DNA from: an uncultured archaeon
GTDB taxonomy: Archaea > Asgardarchaeota > Thorarchaeia > Thorarchaeales > Thorarchaeaceae
NCBI GenBank assembly: GCA_964558645.1
Contig: CAZLEV010000001.1
Coordinates: forward strand, 93,568 to 157,567
Reading direction: 5' to 3'
Length of the DNA stretch: 64,000 nucleotides
Part shown: positions 45,916 through 54,972 of the stretch, one piece after another
Layout: each line of letters begins with the position of its first letter
How positions within the stretch are numbered: position 1 is the stretch's first letter
Position numbers and translations under genes: made by a program
The notes under the pieces: generated by a model
Databases searched by the model: none
The model's input: the letters and a program-made list of their open reading frames with translations, nothing else
What the model was told of the DNA's origin: nothing

Positions 45916-47904
45916 TTGAGTTCCTCAAAAAGAAGTGAATCAGCTGGCAAGAAGCGGTCCCATGAAACAGGGGACATCAAACAGGGTACAATAGCGAAAT
46001 TCATGAGAAAGAGGACCCAGTTGGTTGGATTTGAAACAGGCCTGAACAAACATACGCAGTACGCTATCGAGTTCCTGGATAATGCCATTGATGCTCTTGA
46101 GAGCTGGTGGTGGAGGAAGAAACGCAAGCCCAAGCTGACTGACCAGCTTGACCCAGATCTTATCAAAGAGATACGCGAGAAGTTTGAAGGAAAGACTATC
46201 GATTCTATTGCACGGTCCAAGAAACTGGAGAAAGACACCAAGGCAGGTCGGGAGGTAGATATTCCTCCACGACAGAAGGAGACGTTGGATGAACGTATCA
46301 AGAGATTCAGGAAATTCCTCGTACCATTCCGGACGTTGATCAAGAAGAACGAACCCTTTGCAGTGCTGAAGCTTACTGAGGTCCACATGCCAGATCTTGT
46401 GGCATTAGATGACGAGGAAGGTTTCAAAGTCTACGAGTTCACCTGCTTCGACAATGGTATTGGAATGGTTCCCCAGGATCTTGAGAAGTTCGGGATCTAT
46501 CTTGCGTCAAGCAAGTCTGAGAAGCTTCGTCAGACGCGAGGAAGTCAAGGCTTCGGAGCTCCATCAGCATTCAGTGACGCGCAGAATACTACCGGGAAGC
46601 CCATCTTCACGGTCTCTAAGCGAATGGGTTCCAAGATGTCCACTGTTGCAGACTTCTACACAACGACCGAAAACACAAAGGACTATGTCGGCGGGCCCAA
46701 ACAGATGAAACTCCCATTCAAGCATGGGACTTACGTTCGGCTCAACTATCTGAATATCCAATATCGCAGAGGCTATGCAGACATATACGCAGAGATGGCA
46801 TCGCTTCTGAATTCACATGTTACAATTATCTTCATAGATCCCTATGGTGAGGTCCACATCTATCCGCGAAGAGTCAACAAGTTTCCTGAGGAACCCAAAT
46901 TTGCCCAACCTCACCCTGCAAGCATCAGAATCGGTGAGTTTCAGGATCTTCTACGAGAAACGAAGGAGAAGACTATCAGGAGCTTTCTGACGAAAGCCTT
47001 CACCCGTTTGTCTACAAATAAAGCGAAGGACATCGTCAAGGCGGCGAATGCGGAGCTTGGGAAGAGACATCTTGACAAGATCAAACTCGGCGCTCTTCCA
47101 AGGAGCCTGAGTAAGGTTCAGGTAGAGCTGCTTTATCGTGCTTTCTCAAGTGAGGACTACTACTCTCCCCCTACCGACACTGTCGTCCCAGTGGGTGAAG
47201 AGGTATTCGAGCAGACAATAAAGATGGCCTACAGGCCCGACTTTGTGACATCGGTTACTAGGAAGCCAACATCCGGCAAAGGTCTCTCTTTTGCTGTTGA
47301 GGTGTGTATTGCCTATGGAGGAGAGATTGAGCCCGCAACATCAGCGCCGATGGTCCTATGGAGATTCGTCAACCGTGTACCCAAGTTGCGTGATAACAGC
47401 GATTGCGCTACCTGGAAAGCTTGTACTATGGTAAACTGGAAGAACTACAAGCTGAAAACATTTGACAACGGTATACCTCGAGGACCTGTTATGGTCTTCA
47501 TCCATGTATGTGGTGCCTACGTGCATGTCATGTTCAAAGGACAGAGCAAACAGGCCTTAGCTGAGGATGAGGTCTTACTCAAAGAAATCAAGCTTGCTCT
47601 TGAAGAGGCCGGCCGTAAGTTCAGGCGTTATATCACGCGAAGAGAAACTGCAAAGCGCAAGGCCAAACGAGCGGGCATTCTTGCTATGTACGCGGATCAG
47701 TTCACACACAGTCTCGTCACAATCGCGAATGGTTATGCGGGAAAGGAGGTATACGATGCGGAAACTCTGGCGAGCAAGATACGCGATTCAATCACCGGCT
47801 TTGAAACACGAGAAGACCTAGATGAAACCGAAACGGACTCTGAAGGAAGCGATTTAGTTTCCGACGTGCCGCTTGGTGAGGGTGAGGGATCTGAGGAGGA
47901 ATAG
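45916..47904 (+). CDS. top6B: DNA topoisomerase VI subunit B
   Basis: GHKL motifs EFLDNAIDA, DNGIG, QTRGSQGFG, HGT; RFVNRVP, FKGQSKQ; TTG 45916 with GGAGTGG upstream. Confidence 0.93.
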   Translation: MSSSKRSESAGKKRSHETGDIKQGTIAKFMRKRTQLVGFETGLNKHTQYAIEFLDNAIDALESWWWRKKRKPKLTDQLDPDLIKEIREKFEGKTIDSIARSKKLEKDTKAGREVDIPPRQKETLDERIKRFRKFLVPFRTLIKKNEPFAVLKLTEVHMPDLVALDDEEGFKVYEFTCFDNGIGMVPQDLEKFGIYLASSKSEKLRQTRGSQGFGAPSAFSDAQNTTGKPIFTVSKRMGSKMSTVADFYTTTENTKDYVGGPKQMKLPFKHGTYVRLNYLNIQYRRGYADIYAEMASLLNSHVTIIFIDPYGEVHIYPRRVNKFPEEPKFAQPHPASIRIGEFQDLLRETKEKTIRSFLTKAFTRLSTNKAKDIVKAANAELGKRHLDKIKLGALPRSLSKVQVELLYRAFSSEDYYSPPTDTVVPVGEEVFEQTIKMAYRPDFVTSVTRKPTSGKGLSFAVEVCIAYGGEIEPATSAPMVLWRFVNRVPKLRDNSDCATWKACTMVNWKNYKLKTFDNGIPRGPVMVFIHVCGAYVHVMFKGQSKQALAEDEVLLKEIKLALEEAGRKFRRYITRRETAKRKAKRAGILAMYADQFTHSLVTIANGYAGKEVYDAETLASKIRDSITGFETREDLDETETDSEGSDLVSDVPLGEGEGSEEE

Positions 47905-47907
47905 TTC

Positions 47908-50148
47908 ATGGCCAAGAAACGGAAGAAAGAGGAAACTGTCCAGATGACTCTAGATGCCTCCAATGCGAAGAGTGAGAAGATGCAGAGCAAACTAATGGAC
48001 TTGCCCGGCGTTGGAGAGAAGACCGTCGAGAGCCTTCTCAATGCGGGATACGACTCTCCAGAAAAGATAGTCGATTCAAGCGTAGGTATTCTGGCCAAGG
48101 AAGTAGACGGAGTAGGGAAAGGAACGGCCGGCAGAATCATTGCGGCTGCCAAGAAGATGGTGAAAGCACCGAAGACGAAGGCAAGTCGAAAGAAGACCAC
48201 CAAAGCGGTGAAGAAGAAGACCCAATCGGCCATCCCGATGACCAAGCTTCCAGGTGTGGGCAGCAAGACGAGAGAGAATCTCATTGCAGTTGGTTATGAT
48301 TCTGTTGAGAAGATCTCAAGCTCGAAGCCTTCTGAGATCGCAAAGGATGTCGAGGGAGTAGGAAAGATTACCGCCGAGAAGATTGTGAGAGCAGCCAAGA
48401 AGATGTCAAAACCTCCGAAGAAGACGCCAACCCCGAAGAAGAAATCCCGTACAGAACCACCAAAGAAAAGCGGTGCTCCTGAAGCATCAATGACATCTCT
48501 TCCGGGTGTGGGGGCCAAGACGCGAGAGGGTCTTATTGCAGCTGGCTATGACTCCGTGGAGAAGATTTCACGTTCGAAAGCCAAAGCGATTGCCAAAGAT
48601 GTTGACGGTGTCGGTAAGAAGACAGCTGAAGCCATTGTAAAGGCGGCAAAAGAGATTCTACCACCGGAAGAGCCGGAGGGCCCTGATATTTCCATGAAGG
48701 ATCTTCGCGGCGTCGGCCCCAAGACTAGAGACGCTCTAGTTGATGCGGGGTATTCATCAGTAGCGAAGATATCAGAGGCAAAGCCGACTGAGATTGCAAA
48801 GGCGGTTGACGGTGTTGGAAAAACCACGGCCGGGAAAATTGTTGAAGCGGCACAGGAGCTGGTGGGGTCAGAACAAGAATCTATGGAAGAGCCCAAGCCC
48901 TCTATGAGGCCTGTCAGACCACTCAAGAAGGTTCCCGAACGCGAAAGAGCTAAACCAGTGAAGAAGAAGTCTGGCCTGCCCGTGCCCGAGGAAGTCATAC
49001 AACTTGAGAAGGAAATGAAGAAGAACTGGGCGGAGGCTCAGAAGAAGATTGACGAGAGAGAAGTCCAGAAGACGATGAAGGTCTCGGCACTCACTGCCGA
49101 TGAGACCGAGGAACGGTTGGTCAAGGAAGTTGAGATGATTCTTAATGAAATAGTTACCACAGGGCGGCCTGCCTTCGAGATTCCTAGTAGGTCGTCGGAT
49201 AACATCGTGTGGGACGAGGTGCGCGACCTGCTACTTCTTGGTATGAAGAAGATATCTCGCCCCTATCACTCACTCGGTTCCGTTGTTGATGCAACGCGCA
49301 CGGCACGTCTGATGGAGATTGTATTTCAACTGCTTCAGTCTAATTTACACGCAACAAAGAGAGAAGTATTCTACAGTGATGTCAATCTATTCCGAGACCA
49401 GAAGTACAGTGATAGAATCATGGAAGATGTAGCCTCGATGCTTCAGACAACCCGTGACAGTATCCACATTGTAGCTTCTGCCAGGGGTTCTGCGATGGGT
49501 AGGGTCGTAATACGGGATGGGGGCGACCTGATTGACCTGACGAAGATGGGCACTGGTGGATGGGCTATCACCCCGTTTCTTGACCAAGTTGACATCGTCG
49601 AGAGCGATGCTGAGTTCATCATCATGTCAGAGAAGGACGCTGCTGTCATGAGGCTGGCCGAGGCAAAATACTGGAACCGACAGCCATGCATTGTACTGAC
49701 TGGAAAAGGTTCAGGGGACATCGCTACTCGCGCATTCCTGAAGCGCCTTGTTCGAGAACTGGAGATACCTGCCTTTGCTCTGGTGGATTCTGACCCCTAC
49801 GGACACTACATCTACTCTGTGTTCTTGCGGGGTTCCAAGAGGCTCTCATATGAGTCGCCATTCATCGCCACACCCGAACTGAAGCTTCTGGGTGTTCTGA
49901 GCCGCGATCTTGACGCTTACAACATCCCCAAGGCCGTCCGTATCCCAATGGAGCCGACCGACATGAAGCGTGTCAAGGATATGCTGAAAGAGGATTTTGT
50001 TCAAAGCAACAAGGAATGGGTTGAGGACCTCCGGCTGATGCTCAAGCTCAAAGAGAAAGCAGAGATTCAGGCGTTTGCGAGTCACAGCTTCGAGTTTCTC
50101 ACAGACGAATACCTTCCTACCAAGCTGGAAACTGGCGACTGGATCTAG
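47908..50148 (+). CDS. top6A: DNA topoisomerase VI subunit A (Spo11 family) with four N-terminal HhH domains
   Basis: TKREVFY (catalytic Tyr), TOPRIM EKDA, TGKG, DSDPYG, KAEIQA; ~380-aa N-terminal extension. Confidence 0.95.
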   Translation: MAKKRKKEETVQMTLDASNAKSEKMQSKLMDLPGVGEKTVESLLNAGYDSPEKIVDSSVGILAKEVDGVGKGTAGRIIAAAKKMVKAPKTKASRKKTTKAVKKKTQSAIPMTKLPGVGSKTRENLIAVGYDSVEKISSSKPSEIAKDVEGVGKITAEKIVRAAKKMSKPPKKTPTPKKKSRTEPPKKSGAPEASMTSLPGVGAKTREGLIAAGYDSVEKISRSKAKAIAKDVDGVGKKTAEAIVKAAKEILPPEEPEGPDISMKDLRGVGPKTRDALVDAGYSSVAKISEAKPTEIAKAVDGVGKTTAGKIVEAAQELVGSEQESMEEPKPSMRPVRPLKKVPERERAKPVKKKSGLPVPEEVIQLEKEMKKNWAEAQKKIDEREVQKTMKVSALTADETEERLVKEVEMILNEIVTTGRPAFEIPSRSSDNIVWDEVRDLLLLGMKKISRPYHSLGSVVDATRTARLMEIVFQLLQSNLHATKREVFYSDVNLFRDQKYSDRIMEDVASMLQTTRDSIHIVASARGSAMGRVVIRDGGDLIDLTKMGTGGWAITPFLDQVDIVESDAEFIIMSEKDAAVMRLAEAKYWNRQPCIVLTGKGSGDIATRAFLKRLVRELEIPAFALVDSDPYGHYIYSVFLRGSKRLSYESPFIATPELKLLGVLSRDLDAYNIPKAVRIPMEPTDMKRVKDMLKEDFVQSNKEWVEDLRLMLKLKEKAEIQAFASHSFEFLTDEYLPTKLETGDWI
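47992..48861 (+). repeat. Four ~56-aa intragenic (HhH)2 repeats
   Basis: L(P/R)GVGxKTxxxLxxAGYxSxxKI...AKxVxGVGKxTAxxIxxAA starting at about 47992, 48238, 48490 and 48694. Confidence 0.9.
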
Positions 50149-50273
50149 GAACATGCTTGTAATGCTATCAAGGACAACGGATACGGCACTCTTGCGGTTT
50201 GAAGAGACTCATAAGCCCCAACACAATTCACTATCGTAGGCTATGTAGCTAGAGTTGACACGAGGATTTACCC

Positions 50274-51212
50274 ATGGTTGTTTCAAAGCTCGGAATACGC
50301 GTCGTTGATTCACATGCTCATTTCTTCACTTATGACAATATGAGAGAGTGGCTGGAGGATGAAGAGAATGTGGAGCGAATGCAGCAGAGAGTTAAATACC
50401 AAACCGACATGAAAGAGCTCAAGCTTCCTGACGATCCCTGGGATGTTGGGAAGATGTGGATTGACGAGCTTGATAAGTACGGCATCTCTGCAATTGGGAT
50501 GATGGTATCTCCTGAGGCGTGGGATGAGTTCAATGAGGCACGTCAACGTTTTCCCGGTCGATTCATGGGTTACGCAAACATAGACCCCTCCCGTGATGAT
50601 GCTGTTGAGCTTGTTGCACGGGCTGGAAGTGACGATTTTCAGGGAATCAAGCTGTACCCGAGCACATGGGACTTCCCTGTATATGACGAAAAAGTCTATC
50701 CGATCTACAGAGAGGCGTTGAAGCAGGAACTGCTCGTGATTCTCCACTTCGGCATCACTATTGGTTCCAAAGCCAATCTGCGCTTTGGCAACCCATTGGA
50801 TATCCAGAGGCCAGCTCAGGACTTTCCTGATCTCAATTTCATGGTTGCTCATTTCGGGGCTGGTTTCTTCCGTGAAGCACTGATGCTCATGTACCAAGTA
50901 CCAAATGTCGTCATGGACACCAGTGGTAGCAACAGCTGGATGGACTATCAGCCAATTGATCTGACAATCACCAAAGTATTCGAGCGAGCTCTGAAAGCTG
51001 GTGCGTCTTGTCGAGTAGTTTTCGGGACAGACTCTTCATTCTTTCCACGTGGCTTCCGTTACAACATCCTAAAGGAGCAGTTCAATGCTGTGAAGGCTAT
51101 CTGTCCTCAAATGTGCTACTCATCTGATGATGTTGACCTGATTTTCAGCGGGAACATCCTGAGACTGACAGGATTTCGCCCGGCCGATTGGAGTGAATCG
51201 GTGCAGGTATAG
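50274..51212 (+). CDS. Amidohydrolase (Amidohydro_2 family)
   Basis: DSHAH, GIKLYP, ILHFG, VAHFG, FGTDS. Confidence 0.9.
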   Translation: MVVSKLGIRVVDSHAHFFTYDNMREWLEDEENVERMQQRVKYQTDMKELKLPDDPWDVGKMWIDELDKYGISAIGMMVSPEAWDEFNEARQRFPGRFMGYANIDPSRDDAVELVARAGSDDFQGIKLYPSTWDFPVYDEKVYPIYREALKQELLVILHFGITIGSKANLRFGNPLDIQRPAQDFPDLNFMVAHFGAGFFREALMLMYQVPNVVMDTSGSNSWMDYQPIDLTITKVFERALKAGASCRVVFGTDSSFFPRGFRYNILKEQFNAVKAICPQMCYSSDDVDLIFSGNILRLTGFRPADWSESVQV

Positions 51213-51218
51213 AACCGG

Positions 51219-52475
51219 CTATGCTTTTCGTATCTTCTTCTCAAGACCTCTTAGCCTCTTCTGGTCATCGCCCAGTCGGAACTTTTCTGCGGCCTCTTGA
51301 TATAGCGCAAGAGCATCACGTGTCATTCCCTTCTTAGCCAAGTCGTCTCCCTCTGACTCAATGAGCTTCCCCCAATCCGAATAGCATTCGCGGACCTTTT
51401 CAGCGCACTTTCCACGCATCTTGGCATTTGTCGTGAACATGTAAATCTCTCTTGCCTTCTTGTACTGGACAATGGCCCATTCGAACTCGTCTTCCTTCTT
51501 GTGCTCCTCCGCCTGGTCATAGTGGAACTCCGCCATGGCCTCATACCCGTCATCTATCTTCTTGCGAGCATCATCAACCGCTTTCTCGTAGTTGGCTCTT
51601 TCAAATAGCTTCTTCGCCATCTCAAATGACTCTATAGCTTTCTCATGTTCATTTGCTTCGAGTAGCTCTTCTCCGTGCTCAATTCGCGCCTTTCCCATGG
51701 CTTCAAACACGTAGTCTGGATACTCGAATCCGTCTCCGGTGATGGCTGCTCCACAACTCGGACAGCTTGGAGTCTTCAATTCCCTCATCGGTTCTTCGAT
51801 TCCTATCCTCTCGGGTTTACCGACCACTACATCGATGAACTCCTTGGAAGTTACGCCTCTTCCACTGGGAAACAGATGTGCAACCGTGTCAGTGGGATCC
51901 TCGCATTCTCCGTGGGGGAACAGATGGTCGCGTGTTTCGCTCATTAACGATTCTTTGCACGGGCCGTCATCCACTATATCAGGCGGTTCCACCTCGATGA
52001 ACGGGTTTCCAACCTTCACATCATCTGGTGTTATGACCTTGACCTGTGGAGCCTCCCATGTCAGGCTGTCTTCATCAGTACTCTTGTCCGATTCATCTTC
52101 CTCCGAAGGCATGTCCTCTACTTCCCAGCTGAGTGCCATGTCCGTTTCTTCCTGACCGGCTTCTTCGGCATTGAACTCCTCCGGTTCTTGTGGGAGAGGT
52201 TCCAAATCAGACTCCTCAAGAGGAGGCAAGACATCTAGTTCATCTTCCTCTTCTCCTGCAACCTCCAGACTGTCGCCATCAGCAAGCATGTTGGTCATCT
52301 TTGCCTTGAGCGCCTCCAGCTCCGGATTCAGCTGAGCGATATCCTCTTCTCTTCTGGGTGATTCCTCTTTAGCATCCTCTTGTGGCATGAGTCTCGTCCC
52401 ACACGTCATGCAATGCGTCGAACCCTTTCCCACGCGAGCTCCACATTCTGGACAGAAGTTGATATTGGCCACCAT
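51219..52475 (-). CDS. Zinc-ribbon / acidic linker / TPR (alpha-SNAP-like) repeat protein
   Basis: FCPECG...CMTCG; ~200-aa D/E/P-rich region; CPSCG; helical repeats such as KAIESFEMAKKLF and WAIVQYKKAREIY. Confidence 0.75.
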   Translation of the reverse strand: MVANINFCPECGARVGKGSTHCMTCGTRLMPQEDAKEESPRREEDIAQLNPELEALKAKMTNMLADGDSLEVAGEEEDELDVLPPLEESDLEPLPQEPEEFNAEEAGQEETDMALSWEVEDMPSEEDESDKSTDEDSLTWEAPQVKVITPDDVKVGNPFIEVEPPDIVDDGPCKESLMSETRDHLFPHGECEDPTDTVAHLFPSGRGVTSKEFIDVVVGKPERIGIEEPMRELKTPSCPSCGAAITGDGFEYPDYVFEAMGKARIEHGEELLEANEHEKAIESFEMAKKLFERANYEKAVDDARKKIDDGYEAMAEFHYDQAEEHKKEDEFEWAIVQYKKAREIYMFTTNAKMRGKCAEKVRECYSDWGKLIESEGDDLAKKGMTRDALALYQEAAEKFRLGDDQKRLRGLEKKIRKA

Positions 52476-52622
52476 ATGTATCCGCCATAGTGTTCTGGAC
52501 TGGATTAAATAAGGTAACTTGGTCTTTCCTCACACACTGAAGAAATCCCTATCTCATTTGTGAAAGTATAGATCAGTCCAAGATTATCTCGCTCTAGTCA
52601 TTTCATAAGAGTTACTCGTATC

Positions 52623-53249
52623 TCATGCCACGGGGTATAGGCTTGTATACACTACTAGAGTTATAACGATTCCAATGAAGAGCCCGAGAAGTCCCTGTTC
52701 TAGGGAGTGTTGTTTCAGAGTCATTCTTGACCAGACCACCAGAAACCAGATGGGAACGACGAGGAGCGCGACGATACCGTACATCCAGATTAGGGCAGTC
52801 CCCGGGCCTGAAACCCCTGTTGCATGGACGGAAACCTTCGTGAAATGATTGGCGAGCGTCACGCCGGATGTGACGAAAATATATGCAGCGGCCAGTATCG
52901 CCATCACTGTGCATTGTGTCAGAGAGTATACGGTGTAAGCTAACACGTAGCAGGCGATTGAGAACAAGAAATATCGTCCTCTGTGTTCCCGTCGGGATAC
53001 ATCGAGATCTACATGCCCTCTCCAAGCACTGAAGAGAATCGGACTAATAGGCAATATCACCATGGTCAGGACACATATGAACACTATCTCAATAGGCCCG
53101 AGGACTGGGCCCGTTCCTATGGGGGAAGTGAATGCAATCAAGAGTGCGACATAGAGGTTGAACACGGGCGCAGCTGTCAAGCGCGAGATCCCTCTTGCTA
53201 GATTGACCTTTCGGCCTTCCAGTTTCAAGACTTGATCTCCAAATCGCAT
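52623..53249 (-). CDS. Membrane PAP2-like phosphoesterase-related protein
   Basis: ~6 TM helices; KVSVHATG and WSR...HS motifs. Confidence 0.7.
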   Translation of the reverse strand: MRFGDQVLKLEGRKVNLARGISRLTAAPVFNLYVALLIAFTSPIGTGPVLGPIEIVFICVLTMVILPISPILFSAWRGHVDLDVSRREHRGRYFLFSIACYVLAYTVYSLTQCTVMAILAAAYIFVTSGVTLANHFTKVSVHATGVSGPGTALIWMYGIVALLVVPIWFLVVWSRMTLKQHSLEQGLLGLFIGIVITLVVYTSLYPVA

Positions 53250-53350
53250 AGCCTATTCCTCAGTCACGAAGGGCTTCAATCCTTTCTTTTTGAAGTGTTT
53301 GGTATTTGGTTTGCTCAAGCTGCTAGGTTTTTTTCATGTAGAAAGACAGG

Positions 53351-53363
53351 GAAAACCTTTATT
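53351..53363 (+). promoter_or_regulatory. Putative BRE/TATA promoter for the roadblock gene
   Basis: GAAAACCTTTATT ~50 nt upstream of the ORF. Confidence 0.5.
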
Positions 53364-53410
53364 CACTGAAATTACTCCTAGCAGACAACAGTTTTCGTGA
53401 ACCCTCACGG

Positions 53411-53731
53411 ATGTGCTCCAAAATGCCAGCAATGCCAAAGCGCGAGATGTTCGAACAGATAATACAGAGCATTACGAGTAAGTTTCCTGATGTATACGCT
53501 GCCCTCTTCATTAGTCCCGAAGGCTTCCCAATCAACACCTGGGGAGTATCCATGGAGCGCGCTGAAGAGATCTCGGCGCTTCTGAGTTCCCTTATTGGCA
53601 AGACAAAGGAGATTATATGCCAGGTAAGTGAAGGTGCTGCAATGCAGTTCATCCAGATTGCAACCAATATCGGGTCTATCAGGATTGCTCCTCAAGAGGA
53701 GTATATCCTTGTGACGCTGGCAAAGAACTGA
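53411..53731 (+). CDS. Roadblock/LC7 domain protein
   Basis: PDVYAALFISPEGFPI, EEISALLSSL, FIQIATNIGSIRI, YILVTL; exact start uncertain (53411, 53423 or 53432). Confidence 0.8.
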   Translation: MCSKMPAMPKREMFEQIIQSITSKFPDVYAALFISPEGFPINTWGVSMERAEEISALLSSLIGKTKEIICQVSEGAAMQFIQIATNIGSIRIAPQEEYILVTLAKN

Positions 53732-53926
53732 TACACTTCTCTGATTCGCTGATGACATGAACGAAACGATGCAGTTCGTGTTAGGTCTGCTATCATATGA
53801 CCATGACTATCTCTCACTCGGTGAAACCACTAGTGCCATTTTTATAAGATACATAATAACTCAAGACTAATAACGGACTCCATGAGAGATGGACACGTCA
53901 ACTGAAGACTGAGGGAGGTCTGAAAG

Positions 53927-54934
53927 ATTTCGCCCGACGATAATGAAGATGTAGACTATGAAGAATTCGAGGAAGAGGACTTCGACGAGGATGAAGAGGA
54001 TATCGAAGTTCAGGATCTGCCCGGAGTAGGTCCGGCAATCAGCAAGCGATTGGCTGAGGCCGGGTACAAGAGCGTCGAGGCTATAGCCGTAGCCTCTCCC
54101 AGTGAGTTAGCTGCTGCTGGTTCAATCGGTGAAACCACCGCAACGAAGATTATCAAGGCTGCTCGGGAGATGCTTGATATTGGCTTTGAAACAGCAGATC
54201 TTCTGCTAGAGCGCAGACACAACGCTGGGAGAATCACGACCGGCTCAAAAGCCATCGATGAGCTCTTTGGTGGTGGGGTGGAGACGCAAGGCATTACTGA
54301 GATGTATGGTTCGTTTCGTTCGGGTAAGACACAGATTGCCCATCAGCTGGCAATAAACGTACAGTTGCCCCCGGGTGAGGGCGGTTTGGGTGCCACTGCA
54401 ATCTATGTTGACACAGAGGGCACTTTTCGCCCTGAACGTCTAGTGGATATGGCAGAGCCCCTGGGACTCGATCCGGGGAAGGTCCTGAAGAATGTTGTTT
54501 GGGCTAGGGCATACAACTCTGATCATCAGATTCTCCTGTGCGATCAAGCCATGGAAATGGCTCCAGAGAAGAATGCCAAACTCCTAGTTGTCGATTCGGT
54601 AACCAGTCACTTCCGTGCTGAATACACTGGTCGAGGAACCCTTGCAGCTCGACAACAGAAACTCAACAAGCACCTGCACCACCTACAACGGGGTGCCGAA
54701 GTCAACAATATGGCTGTGTATATCACCAATCAGGTCATGTCGCGACCCGACGCTTTCTTTGGGGATCCGACTGCGCCTGTTGGTGGTCATGTTCTCGCGC
54801 ATGTACCCCAGACAAGGTGCTATCTCAGGAAATCAAAGGGTGAGAGGCGCATCTGCAGATTAGTAGACTCACCAAACCTTCCCGAAGGAGAAGCAGTCTT
54901 TACAATCACTAAGAATGGAATTGGGGATGTGTAA
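53927..54934 (+). CDS. radA: DNA repair and recombination protein RadA (probable ATT start)
   Basis: Walker [28 protein letters not shown]. The frame is open from 53924 and encodes an acidic leader plus DLPGVGP upstream of the track's TTG at 54050. GGGAGGT lies 7 nt before ATT. Confidence 0.95.
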   Translation: MSPDDNEDVDYEEFEEEDFDEDEEDIEVQDLPGVGPAISKRLAEAGYKSVEAIAVASPSELAAAGSIGETTATKIIKAAREMLDIGFETADLLLERRHNAGRITTGSKAIDELFGGGVETQGITEMYGSFRSGKTQIAHQLAINVQLPPGEGGLGATAIYVDTEGTFRPERLVDMAEPLGLDPGKVLKNVVWARAYNSDHQILLCDQAMEMAPEKNAKLLVVDSVTSHFRAEYTGRGTLAARQQKLNKHLHHLQRGAEVNNMAVYITNQVMSRPDAFFGDPTAPVGGHVLAHVPQTRCYLRKSKGERRICRLVDSPNLPEGEAVFTITKNGIGDV

Positions 54935-54972
54935 GTGGATTCGCTCCTCAGCTGGAGCGGGTCTTCTCCCTG

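Noticed and set aside
53882-53926. radA start at the in-frame ATG 53882 with UGA (selenocysteine) readthrough
   Set aside because: It would need two UGA readthroughs (53903, 53921) in a non-conserved leader; ATT with a well-spaced SD is simpler.
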